This document shows positions 1 to 20,823 of a stretch of DNA of 32,000 nucleotides, piece by piece. The notes under the pieces are model-generated. The model did not search any database. It saw nothing but the letters and a program-made list of their open reading frames with translations, and had not been told where the DNA came from. Location: assembly GCF_000195955.2 (NCBI RefSeq), contig NC_000962.3, forward strand, positions 3,930,001-3,962,000, in the 5' to 3' direction. Position 1 is the stretch's first letter, and each line of letters opens with the position of its first letter. This stretch comes from Mycobacterium tuberculosis H37Rv. GTDB taxonomy: Bacteria; Actinomycetota; Actinomycetes; Mycobacteriales; Mycobacteriaceae. A program made the translations under genes and the position numbers.

Positions 1-714
1 CCCGCCGGCGGCAACGGCTCGGCCGGCGGGAAAGGCGGCGACGGCGGCAACATCGCCGCCGGTGCCACCGGCACCGCCGGCAACGGCGGGAACGGCGGCA
101 ACGGCAACGACGGCGCCGTCAACGCCGGCACCGGCGGCTCCGGCGGGAACGGCGGTAACGCCGGTGGCGGCGGCGCCAATGGCGGCGACGGCGGCGCCGG
201 CGGCGCCGGCGGGGCCGGCGGGCGTGGCGGCAAGGGCATCGACGGCGGGTTCGGCGGTGACGGCGGCAACGGCGGCAGCAACAACGGCACCGGCGCCGGT
301 GGCAACGGCGGCAACGGCGGCACCGGCGGGGTCGGCTCGGTTGGCGCGGCTGGTGGCGATGGCGGCAACGGCGGCACCGGCGGCTTCGCCGGTTTCGGCG
401 GCACCGCAGGCAATGGCGGTTCCGGCGGCACGGGCGGGGCCGGCGGCGACGGCGGCACCGGCGGGGACGGCGGCAACGGCGTTATCGCCGGCGGCGGGGG
501 GACCGGCGGCAACGGCGGCGCCAGCGGGGCCGGCGGCGCCGGCGGCACGGGCGGGTTCGCCGGCAACGGCAATGCCGGCGGCAATGGCGGCACCGGCGGC
601 GCGAGCGAGGACGGCGACAACGGCAACGCTGGCAGCGGCGCCACCGGCGGTACCGGCGGCAACGGCGGCACCGGCGGCGACGGCGGCGCTGCCGGGCTGG
701 GCGGCGTCGCGTGA
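1..714 (+). CDS. PE_PGRS53: C-terminal part of a PE_PGRS protein (5' end outside window), probably PE_PGRS53
   Basis: Frame 1 reads continuous Gly-Gly-X/Gly-Asn-Gly repeats ([20 protein letters not shown]... GLGGVA*) ending at TGA 712-714. The ORF track lists only an out-of-frame Ala-rich ORF here. Symbol inferred from gene order. Confidence 0.85.
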   Translation, partial: PAGGNGSAGGKGGDGGNIAAGATGTAGNGGNGGNGNDGAVNAGTGGSGGNGGNAGGGGANGGDGGAGGAGGAGGRGGKGIDGGFGGDGGNGGSNNGTGAGGNGGNGGTGGVGSVGAAGGDGGNGGTGGFAGFGGTAGNGGSGGTGGAGGDGGTGGDGGNGVIAGGGGTGGNGGASGAGGAGGTGGFAGNGNAGGNGGTGGASEDGDNGNAGSGATGGTGGNGGTGGDGGAAGLGGVA

Positions 715-1004
715 GGTTGACCGGCGATCACCGTAGCCAGCACGGCCCGTGACACCGGTCCGGCACGCCACCCTCGTCGTTCAGGTGGTGTCGCCACTCG
801 CGCTACACAACGCTTCACGGCACTCGTCGAGACTTATGCTCGAGTTCTGATACGTGGAGCAACTGTTTTGGCGTTCGACCCGTATTGCGCAGGTGGCGGT
901 ACTGGAAAACGTAGACGTGTTGGGCGGGTGACGAATAAGATCCTGGCCTAACTACTGCGTCAATTATGCCGCGGTGGCCGCGCCGTCCGGTTGGGAGTTC
1001 GCCC

Positions 1005-6710
<5,706 letters not shown>

Positions 6711-6876
6711 GCTAACGGCAGCCCAAAGCGCCAGCAGCCACCCGACAACGCTGGGCGGCTACCCATGGCCCGTTGGCAGCACAGGCTGGCGATGGCCGTC
6801 CGACCGATAACACCCGGGCCATCGCATCCCCAGCACAACCAGCTGTCCTCGCGGGCTTATGCACGACGGGGGAGCA

Positions 6877-8424
6877 CTACCCCACAAGCGATGGCACCAC
6901 TACATCGATCAGATGCGGCCCGGGCTCGGCGAAGGCCGCGCGCAGGGCGTCGGCGAATTCCTCGCAGGTGGTGACACGACGTGCAGGAACACCCATACCT
7001 TCGGCGATCTTGACGAAATCCATTGTGGGACGCGATATATCAAGGAGATCCAGGGCCTTCGGGCCAGGATCCGACCCCGCGCCGACACGTTGCAGCTCGA
7101 TCCGCAGAATGTCGTAGGCGCCGTTGTTGTAGATGACGGTGGTGACGTCGAGGTTCTCCCGCGCTTGGCTCCACAATCCTGAAATCGTGTACATTGCCGA
7201 CCCGTCGGATTCCAGGCACAACACCGGGCGGTCGGGCGCGGCGACCGCGGCACCGACCGCAGCCGGGATGCCGTAACCGATTGCCCCGCCGGTCAGCGTA
7301 AGCCAGTCATGGGCCGGGGCCCCGGCGGTGGCCTGCGGCAGCAGGACACCACAAGTATTCGACTCGTCGACAACAATCGCCCGTTCCGGCAGCAACGCAC
7401 CGACCACATCGGCCGCCGACACCGACGTCAGGTCACCCGTCGGCAGCTGCGGACGTGACGCGCCCGCCACCGGGGCAACCGTCCCGGGCGCTACCTCGTC
7501 GGCCAACGCGGCCAGTGCGTCGGCCGCACCACCGGGTTCGGCAAGCACGTGCACCTCACAACCGGCCGGCACCAGGTCACTGGGCATACCCGGGTAGGCG
7601 AAAAACGACACCGGCGACCTGGCCCCGGCCAGCACGAGATGTTTGACCCCGTCCAGCTGGGCCGCGGCACCTTCAGCGAAATAGGCCAGCCGTTCGACGG
7701 CGGGGATACCGGCGCCACGTTCCAGGCACGTCGGAAACGTCTCGCATAACCAACGGGCCCCGGTTGCCTGCACGATCCGCGCAGCCGCGGTCAGCCCCGG
7801 CCCGCGGGTGGCATCCCCACCGATCAGCATCATGGCGGGTTCCCCTGAGCGCAGCACCCCAGCCACCGGCCCCACGTCCACTGGCGCCGCCGCCGCCTGA
7901 GCCGGCACGCCCGCGGCCGCGTGGGCACCGTCGCTCCAACACACATCCGCGGGCAGAATCAGCGTCGCGATCTGTGAACCTGACCGGCTGGCCGCAATGG
8001 CCGCTTCAGCGTCGGCCCCGACGTCGGCGGCAGCCTCCGTCCGGCGCACCCATCCCGAAACGGTGCCAGCGACCGCATCGATATCGGATTCCAGCGGGGC
8101 GTCGTACTTCTTGTGGTAAGTCGCGTGGTCTCCGACAACCACCACCATCGGCACCCGGGCACGGCGCGCGTTGTGCAGGTTGGCCAGGCCGTTGCCCAGT
8201 CCGGGGCCCAGATGCAGCAGCACCGCCGCCGGCCGGCCAGCAATGCGGGCATAACCGTCGGCGGCCCCGGTAGCCACGCCTTCGAACAGGGTCAGCATGC
8301 CACGCATGCGCGGGACGGCGTCTAGCGCCGCCACGAAATGCATTTCCGACGTGCCAGGGTTGGCGAAGCACACATCGACACCCCCGTCGACCAGGGTGTT
8401 GATCAGGGCCTGAGCACCGTTCAC
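6877..8424 (-). CDS. ilvX: Thiamine-diphosphate-dependent acetolactate-synthase-like enzyme, 515 aa, GTG start
   Basis: ORF MNGAQALINTLVDGGVDVCFANPGTSEMHF...; N-terminal FEGVATGAADGYARIAG motif with conserved Glu; C-terminal ThDP motif ESDGSAMYTISGLWSQARENLDVTTVIYNN. Symbol from family and gene order. Confidence 0.93.
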   Translation of the reverse strand: MNGAQALINTLVDGGVDVCFANPGTSEMHFVAALDAVPRMRGMLTLFEGVATGAADGYARIAGRPAAVLLHLGPGLGNGLANLHNARRARVPMVVVVGDHATYHKKYDAPLESDIDAVAGTVSGWVRRTEAAADVGADAEAAIAASRSGSQIATLILPADVCWSDGAHAAAGVPAQAAAAPVDVGPVAGVLRSGEPAMMLIGGDATRGPGLTAAARIVQATGARWLCETFPTCLERGAGIPAVERLAYFAEGAAAQLDGVKHLVLAGARSPVSFFAYPGMPSDLVPAGCEVHVLAEPGGAADALAALADEVAPGTVAPVAGASRPQLPTGDLTSVSAADVVGALLPERAIVVDESNTCGVLLPQATAGAPAHDWLTLTGGAIGYGIPAAVGAAVAAPDRPVLCLESDGSAMYTISGLWSQARENLDVTTVIYNNGAYDILRIELQRVGAGSDPGPKALDLLDISRPTMDFVKIAEGMGVPARRVTTCEEFADALRAAFAEPGPHLIDVVVPSLVG

Positions 8425-9257
8425 GTCTGCACCTTTCCTCGTGGGTCCAGCTTGAATACCCGCACAGCGTTGCCGTGCAGAAAGTCGCGACGAGCTTCGT
8501 CGCTTAGCCCCAGTTCGTCAAGACCGGTCAGGGCGTGCGTGTGGGCGATCATCGGGTAATTGGTACCAAACAGCACCTTGCGCTGTCCCGTGTCGGTTTT
8601 CATGAACCGCACCAGCTTCCCGGGCAGCCGCTTGATGGTGTAGGCCGAGGTGTCGATGTAGACATTCTCGTGTTTGCGGGCGACCGCGACCATCTCCTCG
8701 GTCCACGGATAGCCGACATGTCCGCACACGATCACCAGTTCCGGAAAGTCCAACGCCACCTGGTCGATGTAGGGAATGGGGCGTCCGGTCTCCGACGGCC
8801 GCAGCGGGCCGGTGTGACCAACCTGGGTGCAGAACGGCACCGCGGACTGCACGCATTCGGCGAACAACGGATAGTAGCGGCGGTCGGTCGGCGGGGCGCC
8901 CCATAGCCAAGGCACCACCCGCAGGCCGACGAACCCCTCACCGACTCGGCGCCTCAACTCCCGGACGGCCGCCATCGGGCGATCCAGGTCGACCGCCGCC
9001 AGACCGGCAAAACGGTTGGGGTACAACCGGACCCATTCCGCAACAGCGTCATTAGAGATGAGGTCCTGGCCGTTGGGGCCACGCCAGGCGCTGAGCAAAC
9101 CCAGGGTGACGCCGCCGGCGTCCATCGAGGAGACGGTCGCTTCGATCGGGATGTCGGTCTCCGGGATAGACCCACCGGTCCACCGGCGCAGCGAGGCGAA
9201 CATATCGCCGTGTAGGAACCGTTGCGTCGGATGCTGCATCCACACATCGATGGTCAT
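8421..9257 (-). CDS. Amidohydrolase-family (TIM-barrel metal-dependent hydrolase) protein, 278 aa
   Basis: ORF MTIDVWMQHPTQRFLHGDM... with VIVCGHVGYPWTEEMVAVARKHENVYIDTSAY, a typical amidohydrolase_2 signature. Its stop overlaps the ilvX start (GTGA). Confidence 0.85.
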   Translation of the reverse strand: MTIDVWMQHPTQRFLHGDMFASLRRWTGGSIPETDIPIEATVSSMDAGGVTLGLLSAWRGPNGQDLISNDAVAEWVRLYPNRFAGLAAVDLDRPMAAVRELRRRVGEGFVGLRVVPWLWGAPPTDRRYYPLFAECVQSAVPFCTQVGHTGPLRPSETGRPIPYIDQVALDFPELVIVCGHVGYPWTEEMVAVARKHENVYIDTSAYTIKRLPGKLVRFMKTDTGQRKVLFGTNYPMIAHTHALTGLDELGLSDEARRDFLHGNAVRVFKLDPRGKVQT

Positions 9258-9616
9258 CGCGTTTCAGACTGTAGCCGCCCGGGCGGCGACTACCCGCGGC
9301 GACGCTGCAGATCATCGCCCGGCCAGGGTGCTACCAGGTTGCTGCCATCCCCGAATGTTCGCGGTCGGAGGGCGACGCGACGTGTTGAAACGCCGTACGT
9401 TCGGGCCTTCCCGCGAGAAGCCCTAGCCGCCCGAGATTGTCCCTCCCGGCGTTCGTGGCCACGCGGTGCTTCGCCTTTTTGCCCATCCCAAATTACACGG
9501 GTGGTACTCACGAGAAAGCTTGGACGTATTGGGCGGGTGCTGAATTATGATCCCGACACAACTGCATCAATTTAGCCGCGTCGTGATGCTATCCGCCGAC
9601 GGTTTGGAGCTGGTCC

Positions 9617-14963
<5,347 letters not shown>

Positions 14964-15091
14964 TCGCGATGGGCCCAGCGGCCGCGATGGTGCGCCGGGC
15001 GTCCGCCGGCGAGTGGTCCAGCCAGATTTGACGACAAACGGCGACCCAGCGGTATCCCCCAGCCGCGGCGCCATAGCCGCGACCCGCGCAA

Positions 15092-15748
15092 TCAGGAACC
15101 GCTCGTCACGTGTCCCGCATGCACGTCATCGGCTGGCCGCGCCTCGGTCTGCTCCTTGGCCCAGCGGTAGTCCGGCTTACCGGCGGGCGAACGCTTCACC
15201 TCGTCGACAAACCACAGACTGCGCGGCACTTTGTAGCCCGCGATCTCGGAGCGCACGAACGAGTCCAACTCGGCCAACGACGGCCGACAACCCGGCCGGG
15301 CCTGCACCACGGCGGCCACCTGCTGGCCGTAACGCGGATCGGGCACCCCGACCACCAGAGCGTCGAACACGTCGGGATGCCCCTTCAAAGCGGCCTCGAC
15401 CTCTTCGGGGTAGACCTTCTCGCCGCCGCTGTTGATCGACACCGAGCCACGACCCAGCATGGTGACCGTGCCGTCCTCCTCGACTTGGGCGTAGTCCCCC
15501 GGAATGGCGTAGCGCACACCGTTAATCGTCCGGAACGTCTCGGCCGTCTTCTTCTCGTCCTTGTAGTAGCCGACGGGAATGTTGCCCTTCTTGGCGAGCG
15601 TGCGCGCGGGTCGCACTGCTTGGCGCCTGGTGCACCGGTCGCCGGGCGGCTCCTCCCCAGGGCGCTCCAGGTTCGTTGCGGCATTACCAGAAAGCCGGCA
15701 CATATTAGATGAGTGGCAACTAAGGTTCTCACTTAAAGATGCCGCCAT
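15092..15748 (-). pseudogene. fadD18: Truncated fatty-acyl-CoA synthetase fragment (218 codons), duplicate of the fadD19 C-terminus
   Basis: ATG at 15748-15746. The C-terminal ~167 aa ([41 protein letters not shown]...) are identical to FadD19. It lacks the AMP-binding motif ([11 protein letters not shown]), and its ~50 N-terminal residues are unrelated. Annotated in H37Rv as fadD18 (recalled). Confidence 0.88.
15098..15597. repeat. 500-bp direct duplication, copy 1 (partner 20830-21329, offset 5732)
   Basis: Read identical by eye from ACCGCTCGTCACGTGTCCCGCATGCACG through GTTGCCCTTCTTGGCGA. The flanks differ on both sides. Confidence 0.93.
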
Positions 15749-15777
15749 ATCGGCCGTGGTTGCACCGGCGCAAAGAT

Positions 15778-16918
15778 GGTTGGGAGTTCGCCCATGTCGT
15801 TCGTGTTGATCGCACCGGAATTCGTGACAGCAGCCGCGGGGGATCTGACGAATCTGGGTTCGTCGATTAGCGCGGCCAACGCGTCGGCAGCCAGTGCGAC
15901 CACGCAGGTGCTGGCTGCGGGCGCCGATGAGGTGTCTGCCCGTATTGCGGCGCTGTTCGGCGGGTTTGGCCTGGAGTACCAGGCGATTAGTGCGCAGGTG
16001 GCGGCCTACCACCAGCGGTTTGTGCAGGCCTTGAGTACCGGCGCGGGCGCATATGCCTCGGCCGAGGCCGCCGCCGCTGAGCAGATCGTGCTGGGCGTGA
16101 TCAATGCGCCCACCCAGGCGCTGCTGGGGCGCCCGTTGATCGGTGACGGCGCCAATGCGACGACTCCCGGCGGGGCCGGCGGGGCCGGCGGTCTGCTGTT
16201 CGGCAACGGCGGGGCCGGGGCAGCCGGGGCGCCCGGCCAGGCCGGCGGGCCTGGCGGGCCCGCCGGATTGTGGGGCAACGGCGGGCCCGGCGGGGCCGGC
16301 GGCAGCGGTGGGGGCACCGGCGGTGCCGGCGGCGCCGGTGGGTGGCTGTTCGGGGTTGGCGGCGCCGGCGGTGTCGGTGGGGCCGGTGGCGGCACCGGCG
16401 GGGCGGGTGGGCCCGGTGGTTTGATCTGGGGCGGCGGCGGGGCCGGCGGTGTCGGTGGGGCCGGTGGCGGCACCGGCGGGGCCGGCGGCCGCGCCGAGCT
16501 GCTGTTCGGCGCCGGCGGTGCGGGTGGGGCGGGCACCGACGGCGGGCCCGGTGCTACCGGCGGGACCGGCGGACACGGCGGAGTCGGCGGCGACGGCGGA
16601 TGGCTGGCACCCGGCGGGGCCGGCGGGGCCGGCGGGCAAGGCGGGGCAGGTGGTGCCGGCAGCGATGGTGGCGCGTTGGGTGGTACCGGCGGGACGGGCG
16701 GTACCGGCGGCGCCGGTGGCGCCGGCGGTCGCGGCGCACTGCTGCTGGGCGCTGGCGGACAGGGCGGCCTCGGCGGCGCCGGCGGACAAGGCGGCACCGG
16801 CGGGGCCGGCGGAGATGGCGTTCTGGGGGGTGTCGGTGGCACTGGTGGTAAGGGCGGTGTCGGCGGCGTGGCTGGCCTCGGCGGGGCCGGTGGTGCCGCG
16901 GGCCAGCTCTTCAGCGCC
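15778..16918 (+). repeat. Large direct duplication, copy 2 (partner 989-2129)
   Basis: Same sequence as 989-2129 at offset 14789. It diverges after CAGCTCTTCAGCGCC. Confidence 0.93.
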
Positions 16919-19900
16919 AGCGGAGCGGCCGGTAACGCCGGTGTCGGCGGGGCCGGCGGCCAAGGCGGTGACGGCGGAGCCGGCGGGGCCGGCGCCGACG
17001 CCGACCAGCCCGGCGCCACCGGCGGCACCGGGTTCGCCGGTGGAGCCGGCGGAGCCGGCGGGGCCGGCGGTAGCAGCGGTGCCGGCGGCACCAACGGCTC
17101 CGGCGGCGCCGGCGGACAAGGCGGCGCCGGGGGTGCTGGCGGGGCCGGCGCCGATAACCCCACCGGCATCGGCGGCACCGGCGGTGACGGCGGCACCGGC
17201 GGAGCCGCCGGAGCCGGCGGGGCCGGCGGAGCGGCCGGCACCGGAGGCACCGGCGGCATGATCGGCACCACAGGCAACGCCGGTGTCGGCGGGGCCGGCG
17301 GCCAAGGCGGTGACGGCGGAGCCGGCGGGGCCGGCGCCGACGCCGACCAGCCCGGCGCCACCGGCGGCACCGGGTTCGCCGGTGGAGCCGGCGGGGCCGG
17401 CGGGGCCGGCGGTAGCAGCGGTGCCGGCGGCACCAACGGCTCCGGCGGCGCCGGCGGCACCGGCGGACAAGGCGGCGCCGGGGGTGCTGGCGGGGCCGGC
17501 GCCGATAACCCCACCGGCATCGGCGGCACCGGCGGTGACGGCGGCACCGGCGGAGCGGCCGGAGCCGGCGGGGCCGGCGGAGCGGCCGGCACCGGAGGCA
17601 CCGGCGGCATGATCGGCACCACAGGCAACGCCGGTGTCGGCGGGGCCGGCGGCCAAGGCGGTGACGGCGGAGCCGGCGGGGCCGGCGCCGACGCCGACCA
17701 GCCCGGCGCCACCGGCGGCACCGGGTTCGCCGGTGGAGCCGGCGGGGCCGGCAAGGCCGGCGGTAGCAGCAGTGCCGGCGGCACCAACAGCTCCGGCAGC
17801 GCCGGCGGCACCGGCAGACAAAGCGGCACCGGGGGTGCTGGCGGGGCCGGCGCCGATAACCCCACCGGCATCGGCGGCACCGGCGGTGACGGCGGCACCG
17901 GCGGAGCGGCCGGAGCCGGCGGGGCCGGCGGAGCGGCCGGCACCGGAGGCACCGGCGGCATGATCGGCACCACAGGCAACGCCGGTGTCGGCGGGGCCGG
18001 CGGTAGCAGCGGTGCCGGCGGCACCAACGGCTCCGGCGGCGCCGGCGGCACCGACGGACAAGGCGGCGCCGGGGGTGCTGGCGGGGCCGGCGCCGATAAC
18101 CCCACCGGCATCGGCGGCACCGGCGGTGACGGCGGCACCGGCGGAGCGGCCGGAGCCGGCGGGGCCGGCGGAGCGGCCGGCACCGGAGGCACCGGCGGCA
18201 TGATCGGCACCACAGGCAACGCCGGTGTCGGCGGGGCCGGCGGCCAAGGCGGTGACGGCGGAGCCGGCGGGGCCGGCGCCGACGCCGACCAGCCCGGCGC
18301 CACCGGCGGCACCGGGTTCGCCGGTGGAGCCGGCGGGGCCGGCGGGTCCGGCGGTAGCAGCTGTGCCGGCGGCACCAACGGCTCCGGCGGCGCCGGCGGC
18401 ACCTGCGGACAAGTCGTCGCCGGGGGTGCTGGCATCAGCTTCAGCAACGGCAGCAACGGCGGCACCGGCGGCACCGGGGGCGTGGGCGGCACCGGGGGCG
18501 ACGGCGGCAACGCAGGCACCGGCGCCGGCGACCCCGGCAAAGGCGGCACCGGCGGCACCGGCGGCACCGGCGGCAGCGGCGGGGCCGGCGGTAGCGGCGG
18601 GGCCAACTTCAACGGCGGCACCGGCGGCACCGGCGGCACCGGCGGCAAAGGCGGCCTAAACACCGACGGACTCAGCAGCGCCACCAGCGGCACCGGCGGC
18701 ACCGGCGGCACCGGCGGCAAAGGCGGCACCGGCGGGGCCGGCGACGACTCCGCCGGCGGGACCGGCGGCACAGGCGGGGCCGGCGGCAACGCCGGCGCCG
18801 GCGGCCTAGCCAACACCGGCGGCACCGCAGGCAACGCGGGCATCGGCGGTGACGGCGGCCAAGGCGGTAACGGCGGCCAAGGAGACAGCGGTTCCGGATT
18901 GGGCGGCCAGCCCGGCTTTGCCGGCGGGGCCGGCGGCAAAGGCGGGGCCGGCGGTAGCAGCGGTGCCGGCGGCACCAACGGCTCCGGCGGCGCCGGCGGG
19001 GCCGGCGGACAAGGCGGCGCCGGGGGTGCTGGCATCAGCTTCAGCAACGGCAGCAACGGCGGCACCGGCGGCACCGGGGGCGTGGGCGGCACCGGGGGCG
19101 ACGGCGGCAACGCAGGCACCGGCGCCGGCGACCCCGGCAAAGGCGGCACCGGCGGCACCGGCGGCACCGGCGGCAGCGGCGGGGCCGGCGGTAGCGGCGG
19201 GGCCAACTTCAACGGCGGCACCGGCGGCACCGGCGGCACCGGCGGCACCGGCGGCAAAGGCGGCATGGGCGGCATCGCTGGCGACGGCGGGCCCGGCGGT
19301 GACGGCGGCAACGCCGGGGTCGGAGGAAAAGGCGGCACCAACGGCAACGGCGGCAGCGGCGGGACCGGCGGCACAGGCGGGGCCGGCGGCAACGCCGGCG
19401 CCGGCGGCCTAGCCAACACCGGCGGCACCGCAGGCAACGCGGGCATCGGCGGTGACGGCGGCCAAGGCGGTAACGGCGGCCAAGGAGACAGCGGTTCCGG
19501 ATTGGGCGGCCAGCCCGGCTTTGCCGGCGGCCCCGGCGGCAAAGGCGGGGCCGGCGGCAACGCCGGCACCGGCGGCACCAACGGCTCCGGCGCCGGCGGG
19601 GCCGGCGGACAAGGCGGCGCCGGGGGTGCTGGCATCAGCTTCAGCAACGGCAGCAACGGCGGCACCGGCGGCACCGGGGGCGTGGGCGGCACCGGGGGCG
19701 ACGGCGGCAACGCAGGCACCGGCGCCGGCGACCCCGGCAAAGGCGGCACCGGCGGCACCGGCGGCACCGGCGGCAGCGGCGGGGCCGGCGGTAGCGGCGG
19801 GGCCAACTTCAACGGCGGCACCGGCGGCACCGGCGGCACCGGCGGCACCGGCGGCAAAGGCGGCATGGGCGGCATCGCTGGCGACGGCGGGCCCGGCGGT

Positions 19901-20263
19901 GACGGCGGCAACGCCGGGGTCGGAGGAAAAGGCGGCACCAACGGCAACGGCGGCAGCGGCGGGACCGGCGGCACAGGCGGGCCCGGCGGCAGCGGCGGCG
20001 CGCCCACCGGCAGCGGCACCGGCGGCAAAGGCGGCGCCGGCGGTGACGGCGGCGATGGCGCCGACGGAGGGGCAGCCACCGGCGTCGGCGACGGCGGCGA
20101 CGGTGGTAACGGTGGTAACGGTGGTAACGGCGGCACGGGCGTCGGCTCGCCCGGCGGCCTCGGCGGGGCAGGAGGCACTGGAGGCCTCGGCGGCGCCGGT
20201 GCAGGCGGCGGAGCCGACGGCGATGATGGCGACGACGGCCAACCCGGCAACAACGGCAGCTGA
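15794..20263 (+). CDS. PE_PGRS57: PE-PGRS family protein, 1489 aa
   Basis: ATG at 15794 (preceded by GGTTGGGAGTTCGCCC) gives the same PE domain as PE_PGRS54. The PGRS domain ends ...PGNNGS* at 20261-20263. Confidence 0.96.
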   Translation: MSFVLIAPEFVTAAAGDLTNLGSSISAANASAASATTQVLAAGADEVSARIAALFGGFGLEYQAISAQVAAYHQRFVQALSTGAGAYASAEAAAAEQIVLGVINAPTQALLGRPLIGDGANATTPGGAGGAGGLLFGNGGAGAAGAPGQAGGPGGPAGLWGNGGPGGAGGSGGGTGGAGGAGGWLFGVGGAGGVGGAGGGTGGAGGPGGLIWGGGGAGGVGGAGGGTGGAGGRAELLFGAGGAGGAGTDGGPGATGGTGGHGGVGGDGGWLAPGGAGGAGGQGGAGGAGSDGGALGGTGGTGGTGGAGGAGGRGALLLGAGGQGGLGGAGGQGGTGGAGGDGVLGGVGGTGGKGGVGGVAGLGGAGGAAGQLFSASGAAGNAGVGGAGGQGGDGGAGGAGADADQPGATGGTGFAGGAGGAGGAGGSSGAGGTNGSGGAGGQGGAGGAGGAGADNPTGIGGTGGDGGTGGAAGAGGAGGAAGTGGTGGMIGTTGNAGVGGAGGQGGDGGAGGAGADADQPGATGGTGFAGGAGGAGGAGGSSGAGGTNGSGGAGGTGGQGGAGGAGGAGADNPTGIGGTGGDGGTGGAAGAGGAGGAAGTGGTGGMIGTTGNAGVGGAGGQGGDGGAGGAGADADQPGATGGTGFAGGAGGAGKAGGSSSAGGTNSSGSAGGTGRQSGTGGAGGAGADNPTGIGGTGGDGGTGGAAGAGGAGGAAGTGGTGGMIGTTGNAGVGGAGGSSGAGGTNGSGGAGGTDGQGGAGGAGGAGADNPTGIGGTGGDGGTGGAAGAGGAGGAAGTGGTGGMIGTTGNAGVGGAGGQGGDGGAGGAGADADQPGATGGTGFAGGAGGAGGSGGSSCAGGTNGSGGAGGTCGQVVAGGAGISFSNGSNGGTGGTGGVGGTGGDGGNAGTGAGDPGKGGTGGTGGTGGSGGAGGSGGANFNGGTGGTGGTGGKGGLNTDGLSSATSGTGGTGGTGGKGGTGGAGDDSAGGTGGTGGAGGNAGAGGLANTGGTAGNAGIGGDGGQGGNGGQGDSGSGLGGQPGFAGGAGGKGGAGGSSGAGGTNGSGGAGGAGGQGGAGGAGISFSNGSNGGTGGTGGVGGTGGDGGNAGTGAGDPGKGGTGGTGGTGGSGGAGGSGGANFNGGTGGTGGTGGTGGKGGMGGIAGDGGPGGDGGNAGVGGKGGTNGNGGSGGTGGTGGAGGNAGAGGLANTGGTAGNAGIGGDGGQGGNGGQGDSGSGLGGQPGFAGGPGGKGGAGGNAGTGGTNGSGAGGAGGQGGAGGAGISFSNGSNGGTGGTGGVGGTGGDGGNAGTGAGDPGKGGTGGTGGTGGSGGAGGSGGANFNGGTGGTGGTGGTGGKGGMGGIAGDGGPGGDGGNAGVGGKGGTNGNGGSGGTGGTGGPGGSGGAPTGSGTGGKGGAGGDGGDGADGGAATGVGDGGDGGNGGNGGNGGTGVGSPGGLGGAGGTGGLGGAGAGGGADGDDGDDGQPGNNGS
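16951..18430 (+). repeat. Tandem array of about 330-351-bp PGRS units in PE_PGRS57; one unit has an ~111-bp deletion
   Basis: [27 protein letters not shown]...[14 protein letters not shown] is repeated. Track fragments starting MSAGPA... lie at 17283, 17634, 17985 and 18225 (spacing 351, 351, 240). Outer boundaries approximate. Confidence 0.85.
18421..19995 (+). repeat. Tandem 600-bp unit in PE_PGRS57: 18421, 19021, 19621 (third partial)
   Basis: CGGGGGTGCTGGCATCAGCTTCAGCAACGGCAGCAACGG occurs at exactly 18421, 19021 and 19621. The [16 protein letters not shown]...GGANFNGG block is repeated. The end coordinate is approximate. Confidence 0.88.
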
Positions 20264-20823
20264 AGCACCACCTGCCACCAGACAACGCCGTCGATGTGGC
20301 GCTCCGGCGTGCGCAAGGCAAATCGGTGCGATCCTGACCAGCCAGGTGATTACCTGGTTCGACTCATGCCGAGCGACCGTCCCAGCGCCGCAGTGGATGC
20401 ATACACGGTAGGTTCGACGGACACCCTGGGCTGGCTGACCGAATGGCCGCCGCAGCTCCCCGACCGAACCGTCAGCGGCAACATGTCACCTGCATCGTCG
20501 CCAAGCCCAGGCGATCGCCCGGCCCCGCAAGCGGATGTGTTCTCCTGCCCTCCGTGGGCAGCGCGCCCGACACCCGTAAGCGGATGTCCCCGACGGACTC
20601 CGGCCGGCCTAGCCGATGGCTACCCCAGGGAGTGCCGCACGATGGCCGTCGATCAAGTGCGGTCCGGCTTCGGCGAACCCTCCGCAGCTATTTCGCGACG
20701 CGCGAGAACACCCGTGCCTTACTTCCATCCACATCGATGTCGGCTCGGCCCCCGAGAGGCACGACAGCCGACCCATGTCGACCTTCCGTGCGGGGTGTCC
20801 GGAGCCGGTCGCAGCCGCACCCA

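Noticed and set aside
15092-18412. 1106-aa minus-strand ORF fused to the FadD18 C-terminus
   Set aside because: The FadD-like part is only the last ~170 aa. The rest is antisense PGRS, and the ORF is open only because PGRS antisense lacks stops. A short start at 15748 is more plausible.
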